Below are positions 9,058 to 19,441 of a stretch of 64,000 nucleotides of DNA, piece by piece (within the stretch, counting starts at the first letter, position 1; each line of letters opens with the position of its first letter). The notes beneath the pieces were generated by a model. That model was not told where the DNA came from. It saw only the letters and a list, made by a program, of their open reading frames with translations, and made no database searches. The position numbers were made by a program, and so were the translations under genes. The DNA comes from an uncultured delta proteobacterium. Lineage in GTDB: Bacteria > Myxococcota_A > UBA9160 > SMWR01. The stretch covers positions 128,001 to 192,000 of the forward strand of contig CAWHTE010000002.1 of NCBI GenBank assembly GCA_963832165.1, in the 5' to 3' direction.

Positions 9058-10577
9058 TGGAGCCTTGCGGCTCGCTCGCGGAGCTGCGCGCGGCGCTCGA
9101 CGGCGGCCGCACCAGCGCAGCGGAGCTGGTGGAGCAGAGCCTCGCGCGCGCCGAGGCGCTGGAGCCCGTGCTGCACGCGTTCGTGCGGTTGCGAGCGGAC
9201 GCGGCTCGCGCAGAGGCGCGCGAGTCGGATGCGCGCCGCGCGCGCGGCGAGCGGCGCTCGCTGCTCGACGGCATCCCGGTGGCGATCAAGGACAACCTGG
9301 TCCAGTCCGGTGAGCCGACCACCTGCGCGTCGCGGATCCTCGAAGGTTTCGTCTCGCCCTACGACTCCACCGCGGTCGAGAAGCTGCGCGCCGCGGGTGC
9401 GATCCTGATCGGTGCCACCAACCTCGACGAATTCGCGATGGGCTCGTCGACCGAGAACTCGGCGTTCGGACCTTCGCGCAATCCCTGGAATCCCGCGCGC
9501 ACGCCGGGCGGCTCGTCGGGCGGCTCGGCCGCGGCGGTCGCGGCTGGCGTCGTGCCGATCGCCTTCGGCAGCGACACGGGCGGGTCGATCCGCCAGCCCG
9601 CGTCGTTCTGCGGGGTGGTCGGCGTGAAGCCGACCTACGGCCGCGTCTCGCGCTGGGGGCTGGTCGCGTTCGCGTCCTCGCTCGATCAGATCGGCGTGTT
9701 CGCGCGCAGCGCCGCCGACGCGGCCGCCGCGCTCGAGGTGATCTGCGGGCACGATCCGCGCGATTCCACTTCGCTGCCCGAGCCCGCGCCGCGCCTCGCG
9801 AGCGCGCTCACGGGCGACGTGTCCGGCCTCGTGATCGGTCTGCCGCGCGAGTACTTCGTCTCTGATGGAGCCGACCCCGCCGTGCTCGGTGCGGTACGCG
9901 CGGCCGTGGCCGAGCTCGAGTCGTCCGGGGCGAAGGTGCAGGAGGTCGCGCTGCCCCACACGCCGCACGCAGTGGCCGCCTACTACCTGATCGCCACCGC
10001 AGAGGCGTCGAGCAACCTCGCGCGCTACGACGGCGTGCGGTACGGACACCGCGCGGGCGGCGCGCACAGCCTCACCGACATGTATCTGCGCACGCGCTCG
10101 GAGGGGTTCGGCGCGGAGGTGAAGCGCCGGATCATTCTCGGCACCTACGTGCTCTCGGCGGGCTACTACGACGCCTACTACCGCAAGGCACAGCAGGTGC
10201 GCACCCTCCTGCGCCGGGACTTCGAAGCCGCGTTCCGCGGCTGCGACGTGCTCGCGACGCCCACGTGCCCCGAGGTGGCGTTCGAGATCGGCGCGAAGTC
10301 GGGCGATCCGGTGCGCATGTACCTCTCGGACGTCTACACGGTGTCGGCGAACCTGGCCGGGTTGCCCGGTGTCTCGCTGCCGTGCGGAAGCAGCGAGGGC
10401 CTTCCGATCGGACTGCAGCTGCTCGCGCCCGCGCTCGACGAGGTGACGCTCTTGCGCGTGGCCGACGCCTATCAGCGCCGCACACAGCACCACCTCGCGC
10501 GCCCGCCGGAGCTCGCAAGTCGCGCGCAGCGAGCTGCAAGTCTCGCGCAGCGAGCCGAAGGCGAGCGAAGTCCATGA
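9057..10577 (+). CDS. gatA: Asp/Glu-tRNA amidotransferase subunit A
   Basis: Amidase signature [11 protein letters not shown] and [12 protein letters not shown], plus SSNLARYDG and AGYYDAYY. Confidence 0.95.
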   Translation: MEPCGSLAELRAALDGGRTSAAELVEQSLARAEALEPVLHAFVRLRADAARAEARESDARRARGERRSLLDGIPVAIKDNLVQSGEPTTCASRILEGFVSPYDSTAVEKLRAAGAILIGATNLDEFAMGSSTENSAFGPSRNPWNPARTPGGSSGGSAAAVAAGVVPIAFGSDTGGSIRQPASFCGVVGVKPTYGRVSRWGLVAFASSLDQIGVFARSAADAAAALEVICGHDPRDSTSLPEPAPRLASALTGDVSGLVIGLPREYFVSDGADPAVLGAVRAAVAELESSGAKVQEVALPHTPHAVAAYYLIATAEASSNLARYDGVRYGHRAGGAHSLTDMYLRTRSEGFGAEVKRRIILGTYVLSAGYYDAYYRKAQQVRTLLRRDFEAAFRGCDVLATPTCPEVAFEIGAKSGDPVRMYLSDVYTVSANLAGLPGVSLPCGSSEGLPIGLQLLAPALDEVTLLRVADAYQRRTQHHLARPPELASRAQRAASLAQRAEGERSP

Positions 10578-10607
10578 GACGAGCCGAGCGAAGGCCATGA
10601 GATGAGC
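10515..10607 (+). repeat. Two short tandem duplications (21 bp x2, 23 bp x2) containing a dispersed-repeat core
   Basis: GCAAGTCGCGCGCAGCGAGCT / GCAAGTCTCGCGCAGCGAGCC and CGAGCGAAGTCCATGAGACGAGC / CGAGCGAAGGCCATGAGATGAGC; 10544-10567 is identical to 45531-45554. Confidence 0.85.
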
Positions 10608-12071
10608 GCGCGCGACTACGAACCGGTGATCGGGCTCGAGGTGCACAGCCAGCTGCGGACCGCCTCGAAGCTGTTCAGCCCCGCGCCCGTCTCCTTCGGC
10701 CTGCCGCCGAACCACGGCGTCCATCCGATCTGCCTCGCGCTGCCGGGCGTGCTGCCCGTGCTCAACCGGCGCGCAGTCGAGCTCGCGATCCGGGCCGGTC
10801 TCGCCACGCACGGCGAGGTGCGGCGGCACTCGGTGTTCGCGCGCAAGAACTACTTCTACCCCGATCTGCCCAAGGGCTATCAGATCTCGCAGTACGAGGA
10901 GCCCGTGATCGCGGGAGGCTGGCTCGACGTGGTGGTCGAGCAAAACGGCTCCGCGCGCACACAGCGAGTCCGGCTCGTGCGCATCCACCTCGAGGAGGAT
11001 GCGGGCAAGTCGATCCACGACCCCGCGATCGCGGGCGGCACCACCCACGTCGACCTGAACCGCGCAGGCGTGCCGCTGCTCGAGATCGTCTCGGAGCCCG
11101 ACATGCGTTCGGCCGACGAGGCCATCGCCTATCTGCGCACGCTGCGCTCGGTGTTGCGTTACATCGACGTCTCCGACGCCGACATGGAGCGCGGCCACTT
11201 CCGCTGCGACGTGAACATCTCGCTGCGCCCGGTCGGCAGCGAGACACTCGGCACGCGCACCGAGATCAAGAACCTCAACTCGTTCCGCTCGATCGAGGCG
11301 GCGCTCGCCGCGGAGATCCGCCGCCAGGCCGACGTGCTCGACTCCGGCGGCTCGGTGGTACAGGCGACGATGGCGTTCGATCCCGAGAGCGGGCGCACGC
11401 GCGTGTTGCGGCTCAAGGAGAATGCCGACGACTATCGCTATTTCCCCGACCCCGACCTCGTGCCGCTCGTGCTCTCGGATGCCGAGATCGAGGCGGTGCG
11501 CGCGCAGCTGCCCGAGCTCGCCGACGCGCGCTGCGCGCGCTACCAGCACGAGTTCGCGCTGTCCGAGTACGACTCGCGCGCTCTCACCGCGAGCCGCGCG
11601 CTCGCCGACCTGTTCGAAGCGGCAGTGGCCGCGTCGCCCTCGCGCGATCGCGCGAAGCCGATCGCGAACTGGCTGCTGCGCGACGTGCAGCGCGTGCTCA
11701 AGGAGCGCGAGCTCGAGATCGAGAGCGCACGCGTGACCCCGCGCGCGCTCGCCGACCTCGTCGATGCCGTGGAGACGGGTAAGACTACGGTGCAGAGCGC
11801 GCGCGGCCTCGTGCCCGAGCTCGTGGAGCGGGGGGGTGATCCGCTCGCATGGATCCGCGAGCGCGGTCTCGAGGCGGTGTCGGACGTCGACGTGATCGGC
11901 CGAGCCGTCGACGAAGTGATCCAGGACCACCCGGCCGACGTCGAACGCGTGCGAGCGGGAGAGGCGAAGGTGCTGAACTTCCTGATTGGCCAGGTGATGA
12001 AGCGGACCGGCGGCAAGGCGAGTCCGCAGGTGGTGCGCGAGCGACTCGCGGCGCGGATCGGTGTCTCGTGA
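10602..12071 (+). CDS. gatB: Asp/Glu-tRNA amidotransferase subunit B
   Basis: VIGLEVH, RKNYFYPDLPKGYQISQ, HLEEDAGKS and DYRYFPDPDL motifs. Confidence 0.96.
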   Translation: MSARDYEPVIGLEVHSQLRTASKLFSPAPVSFGLPPNHGVHPICLALPGVLPVLNRRAVELAIRAGLATHGEVRRHSVFARKNYFYPDLPKGYQISQYEEPVIAGGWLDVVVEQNGSARTQRVRLVRIHLEEDAGKSIHDPAIAGGTTHVDLNRAGVPLLEIVSEPDMRSADEAIAYLRTLRSVLRYIDVSDADMERGHFRCDVNISLRPVGSETLGTRTEIKNLNSFRSIEAALAAEIRRQADVLDSGGSVVQATMAFDPESGRTRVLRLKENADDYRYFPDPDLVPLVLSDAEIEAVRAQLPELADARCARYQHEFALSEYDSRALTASRALADLFEAAVAASPSRDRAKPIANWLLRDVQRVLKERELEIESARVTPRALADLVDAVETGKTTVQSARGLVPELVERGGDPLAWIRERGLEAVSDVDVIGRAVDEVIQDHPADVERVRAGEAKVLNFLIGQVMKRTGGKASPQVVRERLAARIGVS

Positions 12072-14002
12072 AGTGGCTGCTGCGCGCGGGAGTGGCGGTG
12101 GTGGCGCTCGCGGTGCTCGCGCTCGGCGTGCTCTTCTGGGCGCTGCCGCGGCTCGCGAAGAGCGAGGCGGCGCGCGCAAAGATCCAGGCGGCGGCGCAGG
12201 CCGCGCTCGGCCGCGAGCTCCGCTACGGAGAGATCGGCGTGGGCCTGCTGCCGCCCTCGCTGCTCGTCGAAGAGCCGGTTGTTGCGGGCGCAGCCGAAGG
12301 CGATCCGCCGCTCGCGAGTGCGAAGCGCGTGGCGCTGCGCGTCGAGCTGTGGCCGCTCCTGCGCGGGCAGCTCGAGGTCGCGTCGCTCGCGGTCGACGGC
12401 CTCGCGCTCCACCTCGTGCGAACCGCGGACGGCCTGGTGCTGCCGGGGTCGGAGCGTCCCGAGGCGGAGCCGCCCGCACCGGCCGAGCCCGAGTCGCCGC
12501 CTGAACCGGGCGAGGACGGCGGGCTCGCGTTCGGGATCCGGAAGGTCGCGCTGAACGACGGATCGCTCGTGCTCGAGGACCGCAGCGCTTCTCCGAGCAC
12601 CACCTGGACCATCGCCGACATCGACGTCGACGCGCGCAGCGCCGCCGCGAACGAGCCGGTCGCGATCGAGGGCACGCTCACCGACGTGAAGGGTGGGGCG
12701 CTCGCGGTCGAGGGCGCGGTCGCGCTCGAGGCCGAGCTCGACCGGTTGGGCGCGGGCGCGCGTGGGCCGTTCTCGATCGACGCGCACGCCGCGCGGGTGA
12801 ACTGGGGAGCGGATCTGCGCAAGCCCGCGGATACGCCTGCGAAGCTCTCCGGTCGGATCGCGCCCGACGAGACGGGCGCGCTCGCGATCGACGACCTCGT
12901 GCTCGAATTGCACAACCTCGTCGCGCGCGGCTCGCTGCGCACGGCGCCGCGCACCGAGCTGCGTTTGTCGGCCGAGCCCTTCGCGCTCGACGGCTGGGAC
13001 GCGCTCGTGCCGGCGGTCGGTGTCGTTGCGCCGACCGGGCGCATCGCGATCCCCGAGCTCGCGCTCACGACCGATCCGATCGCGGTGCGCGGCCAGATCG
13101 CGCTCGACGGCCTCGTCGCGACCCCGCCCGATCTGGCGCCGGTCGCGCTGCAGGGCTCGGTCGAGCTGCTCGGCAGCGAGCTGCGCACGCGCGATCTCGT
13201 CGCGCGCGCGGCCGAGCAGCCGATCCGCATCGATGCGAGCGTGAAGCAGCTGTTCGACGCGCCGAGCTACTCGGTCGCGTTCGAGACGAAGGGCGCCGAC
13301 AGCAACGAGCTGCTCGCGGGCTATGCGAAGCAGCGCGATCGCCTGCACGGTCCGCTCGACGCGAAGGGCACGCTGCGCGGCACCACGGGCGGTGATGCGT
13401 CGTTCCTCGACGCGCTCTCGGGCGACATCGCACTCGACATCGTGGGCGGGCGGATCGTGGGGGCCTCGCTGCTCGAAGCGGTGCTGGGCTCGCTGGGCGG
13501 TCGCATCGGCAACGCGCTGCGCCAGCAGGGAAACAAAGACTGGGAGCGCTTCACGAGCGATCAGTTCGAGTCGCTGCACGCCACGCTCCAGATCGCGGAC
13601 GGCCAGCTCGTGACCGCACCCGTGGCGCTCACCTATCCCGATTGGGGCGCGCAGCTCGAAGGTCCGATCCGGCTCGCCGATCTCGCGCTCGATCTCGAGG
13701 GCCGGCTCACGATCGAAGGTCCGCTCGATGCCGCGCTCGCGCGCGCGTTCGGCGCAGGCAGTGAGTACGTGCCCGAGCCGCGCGTGATCGAGCTCACCTC
13801 CGTACGCGGACAGCTCGGTGCACCCAAGGTGCAGATCGCCGGCAGATCGATCGCCACGCTCGCCACTGCATACGCCGGCAACCGCCAGCTCGATGAGCTC
13901 AAGAAGCGCGTCGAGAAAGAGCTCGGGCCCGGCTCGGGCGATCTGGTCGACCAGGGTCTCGAAGCGCTGCAGGGGATCCTGGGCGGGCAGGGCGGAAAGT
14001 AG
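12068..14002 (+). CDS. AsmA family envelope protein
   Basis: GTGA overlap with the gatB stop; N-terminal TM then AALGREL...LRVELWPLLRGQLEV; long beta-rich body. Confidence 0.75.
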   Translation: MKWLLRAGVAVVALAVLALGVLFWALPRLAKSEAARAKIQAAAQAALGRELRYGEIGVGLLPPSLLVEEPVVAGAAEGDPPLASAKRVALRVELWPLLRGQLEVASLAVDGLALHLVRTADGLVLPGSERPEAEPPAPAEPESPPEPGEDGGLAFGIRKVALNDGSLVLEDRSASPSTTWTIADIDVDARSAAANEPVAIEGTLTDVKGGALAVEGAVALEAELDRLGAGARGPFSIDAHAARVNWGADLRKPADTPAKLSGRIAPDETGALAIDDLVLELHNLVARGSLRTAPRTELRLSAEPFALDGWDALVPAVGVVAPTGRIAIPELALTTDPIAVRGQIALDGLVATPPDLAPVALQGSVELLGSELRTRDLVARAAEQPIRIDASVKQLFDAPSYSVAFETKGADSNELLAGYAKQRDRLHGPLDAKGTLRGTTGGDASFLDALSGDIALDIVGGRIVGASLLEAVLGSLGGRIGNALRQQGNKDWERFTSDQFESLHATLQIADGQLVTAPVALTYPDWGAQLEGPIRLADLALDLEGRLTIEGPLDAALARAFGAGSEYVPEPRVIELTSVRGQLGAPKVQIAGRSIATLATAYAGNRQLDELKKRVEKELGPGSGDLVDQGLEALQGILGGQGGK

Positions 14003-14023
14003 ACCCGCTGCGGGGATTTCCCG

Positions 14024-14049
14024 TCAAGTTTCCTCGATGAACGGGCGAT
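14024..14049 (+). promoter_or_regulatory. Putative sigma28-like promoter
   Basis: TCAAG-N15-GGCGAT, about 30 nt before ATG 14082. Confidence 0.45.
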
Positions 14050-14081
14050 GCAGGAATGCTGATAACGAGGAACCCCCCTGG

Positions 14082-16025
14082 ATGTCGGCCAGCGTCCTGT
14101 ACGTCGACGACGACCGGAATTTGTGTCAGATCGTCGCGAGAGCTCTTTCGGGCGAGGGGTATTCGGTCCGGACCTGCCACGACGGCGCTGAGGCGCTCGC
14201 GGTAGTCGCCGAAGATCTGCCCGACCTGATGCTGCTCGACCTGAAGCTGCCGCGCCGCGACGGCTTCCAGGTGCTCAGCGAGCTGCGCAAGAGCGACGGC
14301 GAGATGCGCGAGCTGCCCGTGGTCGTGCTCACGGGTGCGCCGACACCGACCTGCGCCCAGCGCGCGAGCGAGCTCAAGGCGGTCGACCTGCTCACGAAGC
14401 CGGTCTCGCTCGAGCGATTGCTCGAGGTGGTGTCGCGCTGCGTCGCGGGCGCGAAGCGCGAGGTCGCGGCGCAGCCGCGCGCCGGGGCGAGCGCGGCCAA
14501 GCGCGGCGGCTCGGGCAACCTCGAGCGCGTCGCGTTCCCGGCGCTGCTCCACCACCTGCACGGGCTGCGCGCGTCCGGCACGCTGCAGCTCGAGACCGAG
14601 AAGAAGCGCAAGTGGGTCGAGCTGCGCGATGGCTACCCGATCTCGGTGCGGTCGAACCTGATGCGAGAGACCCTCTCGCACCACCTGTTGCGCACGGGAC
14701 GTGTCTCGCGCGAAGTGCTCGAGCAATCGCGTCGCGACGCGGAGAAGAACGGCGTACGCCACGGCGAGATCCTCGTAGCGATGCACGCGCTCTCCGAGGA
14801 GCAGGTGACCGAGGCGTTGCGCGAGCAGGCCGACGAGAAGTTCTTCGAGATCTTCTCGTGGCCGACTGGCACGTTCCGCTTCCAGCGCGGCGCCAAGCTC
14901 GAGCGCTCGAACGCGCTCGGGCTCGGGCGCAGCCCCGTGAGCCTGATCCTGTACGGCGTGCGCGGGCGCTTCCCGCTCGCGCGCGTCGACGGCTACTTCT
15001 CGAGCCACGCGGGCCGCTATCTCGCGCACGCCGAGAGTCCGTTCTACCGCTTCCAGGACCTGTCGGTCGATGCGGCCGACGGCGCGTTCCTGCGCGGGAT
15101 CGACGGCAGCCGGAAGCTCGGCGAGTTCCGCGGCGACGACGAGCACCTGCGCCGGATGATCTACGCGCTGCTTGCCGCGGGCATGCTCGAGCTGCGCGCG
15201 AAGGGAACGGAGCCCGCCGTGCATCGTGTGAGCGCACACGCCGCGACGCATCCCGTGCAGGAGCACGTGATGCCGCACCCGGGGCACGACCGCCGGCAGG
15301 ACGACCCGCGCCAGGCCGAGCTGATGGCGCTCAACGATCAGCTCGGCGCAAAGGACGCGTGGGAAGTACTCGGCGTCGCAAAGGGCGCGGCCGATAGCCA
15401 GGTGCGGGCCGCCTACGAGCAGCTGGCTGCGCGCGCGCATCCCGATCGCTTCTCGGACGGGAGCCAGGCGCTGCGCGCGCTCGCGGAAGAGGTGTTCGGC
15501 CGCGTGCGCACGGCCTACGAGACCCTGACCGATCCGCGCCAGAAACAGCTCCACGCGCTCGCGGCCAAGAAGCTCGAGCGCAAGGACAAGGAGCGCGAGC
15601 GCACCGACCGCGCGTTCACGGCCGAGGTGGAGTGCCGCAAGGGTGTGGCCGCGCTCAACGCGCGCAGCTACGAGGCCGCGCTCGCCCACTTCGGCAAGGC
15701 GCTCGAGCTCTACCCGGACGAAGGCGATCACCACGCCTACTACGGCTACGTGCTGCACCTGTGCCATCCCGGCGATGCCTCGATGGCGGCGGAGGCGATC
15801 GAGCACATCAAGCGCGGCATCAAGCTGGCGAGCCATGCCGAGAAGCCCTACCTGTTCCTCGGCCGGCTGAACAAAGCGGTCGGCCGCGCGGACTACGCGG
15901 AGAGGATGTTCGTGCGCGCCGTGCAGATCGAGCCGAAGTGCGCCGAGGCGATCAGCGAGCTGCGGCTGATCCAGATGCGGCGCGAGAAATCCAAGGGACT
16001 CCTCGGTAAGCTGTTCCGTCGCTGA
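14082..16025 (+). CDS. Response regulator receiver + DUF4388-like + DnaJ (J) domain + TPR protein
   Basis: VLYVDDD...LMLLDLKLP...KP receiver; FFEIFSWPTGTFRF segment; AWEVLGV...AYEQLAARAHPDRF J-domain; C-terminal TPRs. Confidence 0.85.
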   Translation: MSASVLYVDDDRNLCQIVARALSGEGYSVRTCHDGAEALAVVAEDLPDLMLLDLKLPRRDGFQVLSELRKSDGEMRELPVVVLTGAPTPTCAQRASELKAVDLLTKPVSLERLLEVVSRCVAGAKREVAAQPRAGASAAKRGGSGNLERVAFPALLHHLHGLRASGTLQLETEKKRKWVELRDGYPISVRSNLMRETLSHHLLRTGRVSREVLEQSRRDAEKNGVRHGEILVAMHALSEEQVTEALREQADEKFFEIFSWPTGTFRFQRGAKLERSNALGLGRSPVSLILYGVRGRFPLARVDGYFSSHAGRYLAHAESPFYRFQDLSVDAADGAFLRGIDGSRKLGEFRGDDEHLRRMIYALLAAGMLELRAKGTEPAVHRVSAHAATHPVQEHVMPHPGHDRRQDDPRQAELMALNDQLGAKDAWEVLGVAKGAADSQVRAAYEQLAARAHPDRFSDGSQALRALAEEVFGRVRTAYETLTDPRQKQLHALAAKKLERKDKERERTDRAFTAEVECRKGVAALNARSYEAALAHFGKALELYPDEGDHHAYYGYVLHLCHPGDASMAAEAIEHIKRGIKLASHAEKPYLFLGRLNKAVGRADYAERMFVRAVQIEPKCAEAISELRLIQMRREKSKGLLGKLFRR

Positions 16026-16060
16026 GTCCTTCCGGGCTGCGACCCGAGGAGCGACCCTGA

Positions 16061-16981
16061 ATGGCGAAGGTCACCGGTGAAGCGATCTGGCTCGACGGCC
16101 AGTTCGTGGCGTGGGACGCCGCGCGCGTCCACGTACTGACCCACACCCTCCACTACGGGCTCGGCGTGTTCGAGGGCATCCGCTGCTACCAGACCGCCGA
16201 CGGGCGCTCGGCCGTGTTCCGGCTCGGCGAGCATCTGCGCCGGCTCTACGACTCCGCGCATATCAACCTGATGAAGATTCCGTTCGAGCGCGCGCAGATC
16301 GAGCAGGCGTGTCTCGAGACGCTGCGGCGCAACCACCTGCCCGCGGGCTACCTGCGCCCGCTCGTATTCCTGGGCGACGGCGAGATGGGGCTCAACCCGG
16401 GCGGCAACGCGGTCCGCGTCGCGGTCATCGCGTGGGCGTGGGGCAAGTATCTGGGCGAAGAGGGCATGCAGCGCGGCATCCGCGCCAAGATCTCGAGCTT
16501 CAGCCGCCACTTCGTGAACTCGAAGATGACCAAGGGCAAGACCTGCGGCGACTACGTGAACTCGATCCTCGCCAAACGCGAGGCGCTGCTCGACGGCTAC
16601 GACGAGGCGATCATGCTCGACTCGCAGGGGCTCGTGTCGGAGGCGTCCGGCGAGAACATCTTCGTCGCGCGCGACGGCATTCTCGCGACGCCCCCGCTCT
16701 ACGGCGTGCTCGGCGGAATCACGCGTGCGACGGTGATCGAGCTCGCGAAGGACAAGGGCATCCCCGTCGAGGAGCGCGCGATCACGCGCGACGAGCTCTA
16801 CACCGCCGACGAGGTGTTCCTGACCGGCACCGCGGCGGAGCTCACGCCGATTCGCGAGATCGACCGGCGCGAGATCGGCGCCGGCACGCGCGGTCCGATC
16901 GCCACGACACTCCAGAAGGCGTTCTTCGACGTCGTTTCGGGGCGCGAGGCGAAGTACGAGCGCTGGCTCACGTACGTCTAG
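16061..16981 (+). CDS. ilvE: Branched-chain amino acid aminotransferase
   Basis: [32 protein letters not shown] and [10 protein letters not shown] motifs. Confidence 0.95.
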   Translation: MAKVTGEAIWLDGQFVAWDAARVHVLTHTLHYGLGVFEGIRCYQTADGRSAVFRLGEHLRRLYDSAHINLMKIPFERAQIEQACLETLRRNHLPAGYLRPLVFLGDGEMGLNPGGNAVRVAVIAWAWGKYLGEEGMQRGIRAKISSFSRHFVNSKMTKGKTCGDYVNSILAKREALLDGYDEAIMLDSQGLVSEASGENIFVARDGILATPPLYGVLGGITRATVIELAKDKGIPVEERAITRDELYTADEVFLTGTAAELTPIREIDRREIGAGTRGPIATTLQKAFFDVVSGREAKYERWLTYV

Positions 16982-18223
16982 AACGCGAGAGCTAGACCGG
17001 GCGCGCGCGGATCGTCGGGGTAGGGCGCCGCTGCGTCGTCGGAACCGGTGAAGTCCTCGCCCACCGAGTAGACCGCGGGCACCGAGCGCGCATAACGCAG
17101 CGGCGCGCCGTCGTAGCGATCGAGCGGCAGCGCGTCGAGGTAGTCCGGCACCAGATCCTCGAGGCGCTCGGGCAGCGCGCGCTCGGCGTCGGCGTAGGCC
17201 TTCGCGGCGATCATGACCTCGACGAGCGATACGTGGGTCTCGAACTGGCAGCGCTTGAGCTGGATGCGATCGAAGCTGCGCGCGCGCACCTCGTCGATCA
17301 CGAGCCGGCCCACGCCGTTGGGAGCGAGCAGGTCCGCGAGCCGCGGAGGAGCCACCGCAGACCCGGCCCGCTGCAGGCCCGCGTCCGCGCAGAACTGCGT
17401 CGACTTCCGGCGCTGCTCGCGGTACAGCTCCGCGAGCGCGGACGCCGTGCGGTTCGGTTGCCAGCGATAGGCGCTCGGTACCAGACGCCACCAGCCCGCC
17501 AGACCGGCCGCGTCGAGCTCGCCGAGCGCGATGAACACGCGCTCGTACTCGAGCGCCCAGACGCGCTGCCAGTCGTCGGCGCTCCAGCGCGTCGACTCGA
17601 GCAGCGCGGCGAGATCGCGCGCGGACTCGGGTGTGATGCGCGTGGTTCGCACCGCGTGCTCTAGATCGACCAGGCTCACGGTCTGGAACGCGCTCGCCAT
17701 GTAGATCCCGAACAGATCCAGGTTGTCGGCCGCGCTGACCCGCTTGCCGATCGAGAGACCGAGCGAAGCGAGCTCGATCGCATCGCGGGAGCGCCCATCG
17801 CGCAGCAGGATGCGCGCCTGTGCGCCCCCGAGCGCGATGAGCTGCTGCACCCGGAACAGCGTGGCCAGGCGATCGTCGTGGCCCGCGCGCGGGAATCCGA
17901 ACGCGGGCGCGGCGAGGCCCGCGCGCAGGAGCGTCAGCGCCGAGTCGTTCTCGAGCGACGAGCTCGCGGATCCAGTCCGGCTCCCAGGTCGCGCCCGCGC
18001 GGAACGCGTGGAAGCGCCGCCAGGTGGGCTCGTCCTTCGGCAGCCGCGCCGCGTCGGAGGCCGCCTCGAACAGCGCGAAGCCGTTCTCGGCGGCCGCGAT
18101 CGAAGTCGGCTCGAGGCGGAGGTCGCGGTCGTCCGGGGTCGGCGCGTCGCCGCGGTGCAGCGCGATCCAGCTCGGCAACGCGATCGATGCGATCGCGAGC
18201 AAAAAGCACCGAGGCGGTCGCAA
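16978..18223 (-). CDS. Membrane-anchored hypothetical protein, frameshifted near 17953
   Basis: N-terminus from ORF 15893..18223 (signal/TM, ...WIRELVA) continues in ORF 16978..18258 (ENDSALTLL...[21 protein letters not shown]). Confidence 0.6.
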
Positions 18224-18344
18224 GCGAGCGTCTCACTCGCGAGGCATCGGCGAAACACGGCGCGGACCGGAGGCGGTCCGCGCGCGTGCGCGCTCGCCTC
18301 TCGGCGCCAGGCGTGGTAACTCGTCGCGCGGATGGAGCCTCCTC

Positions 18345-19328
18345 TTGCGCATCGCTGATCTCACCACGCCGGCCGTGCTCGTCGATGCGGCGGTGCTCGA
18401 GCACAACCTCGACGCGATGACCGCCGCGCTGCCGGGCGCGCGGCTGCGCCCGCACGTGAAGGCTCACAAGTGCACTGCGCTGGCGGCCCGCCAGGCTGCG
18501 AACGGACACCGCGGCTTCACGTGCGCGACGATCCGCGAGATGGAGGGGATGGCGGCCGCGGGTCTCGGCGAGGACCTGCTGCTCGCGAACGAGGTGCTCG
18601 ACGCGCGCCGGCTCGGACGACTCGACGCGCGCGTGACGGTGGCGATCGACTCGGAGGCCACGCTCGAGGCCGCGGTGAGCGGCGGCGTTCGCGAGGTGCT
18701 GATCGACGTGAACGTCGGGCTGCCGCGCTGCGGCTGTCCACCCGACGGAGCCGGTCGGCTCGCGGACCTCGCGCGGGCGCGCGGCCTCACCGTGCGCGGG
18801 GTGATGGGCTACGAGGGCCACCTGATGCTCCAGCACGATGCGGCCGAGCGCGAGCGCGGCGTCGCCGCGGCGATGGAGCAGCTGCTCGCGGCGCATCGCG
18901 ACGTCGGCGGCGAAGTGGTGTCGGCGGGCGGCACCGGCACCTATGCGATCAATCGCGCCGCGACCGAAATCCAGGCCGGCTCCTACGCGCTCATGGACAC
19001 GGCCTACGCCGCGCTCGAGCTGCCGTTCCGGCCCGCGCTCTGTCTGCTCGCGCGCGTGATCTCGGTGTCTGCCGAGTTCGCGGTGGCCGACTGCGGGCTC
19101 AAGGCGCTCGGCATGGATCACGGCAACCCATCGATCGAAGGGGCGCGCGTGTGGTTCTGCTCCGATGAGCACGTGACGTTCGCGCCCGAGCAGCGCGTCC
19201 GCGTGGGCGACTGGGTGCGCGTGGTGCCCGCCCACATCGATCCGACGCTGGCGTACCACGCGCGGATCCACCTCGTCGCCGGCGATCAGGTGGTGGACAG
19301 CTGGGAGATCGATCTGCGGGGTTGGTGA
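18345..19328 (+). CDS. DSD1/D-threonine aldolase-like PLP enzyme (alanine racemase fold)
   Basis: TPAVLVD, LRPHVKAHK (PLP lysine), MGYEGH, GGTGT, EIQAGSYALMD and SDEH motifs; TTG start after GGAG. Confidence 0.88.
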   Translation: MRIADLTTPAVLVDAAVLEHNLDAMTAALPGARLRPHVKAHKCTALAARQAANGHRGFTCATIREMEGMAAAGLGEDLLLANEVLDARRLGRLDARVTVAIDSEATLEAAVSGGVREVLIDVNVGLPRCGCPPDGAGRLADLARARGLTVRGVMGYEGHLMLQHDAAERERGVAAAMEQLLAAHRDVGGEVVSAGGTGTYAINRAATEIQAGSYALMDTAYAALELPFRPALCLLARVISVSAEFAVADCGLKALGMDHGNPSIEGARVWFCSDEHVTFAPEQRVRVGDWVRVVPAHIDPTLAYHARIHLVAGDQVVDSWEIDLRGW

Positions 19329-19441
19329 GGCCGGCCCCCGGTCGGGCGGATTGCGCCCTTCCAATGGTCTTCGCTCGCCTTCGGCTTGCTGCGCGAAACT
19401 TGCGGCTAATCCGCCCTGCGACTGGCGCCGATACGGGGTCG

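Noticed and set aside
10515..10607. Possible mini CRISPR array
   Set aside because: Only paired tandem copies, no unique spacers and no cas genes.
9054..12479. Very long antisense or alternative-frame ORFs (e.g. 1141 aa, 1279 aa at 33128, 1045 aa at 26798, 903 aa at 54192)
   Set aside because: Shadow ORFs of real genes in very high-GC DNA; Arg/Ala-rich and without motifs.
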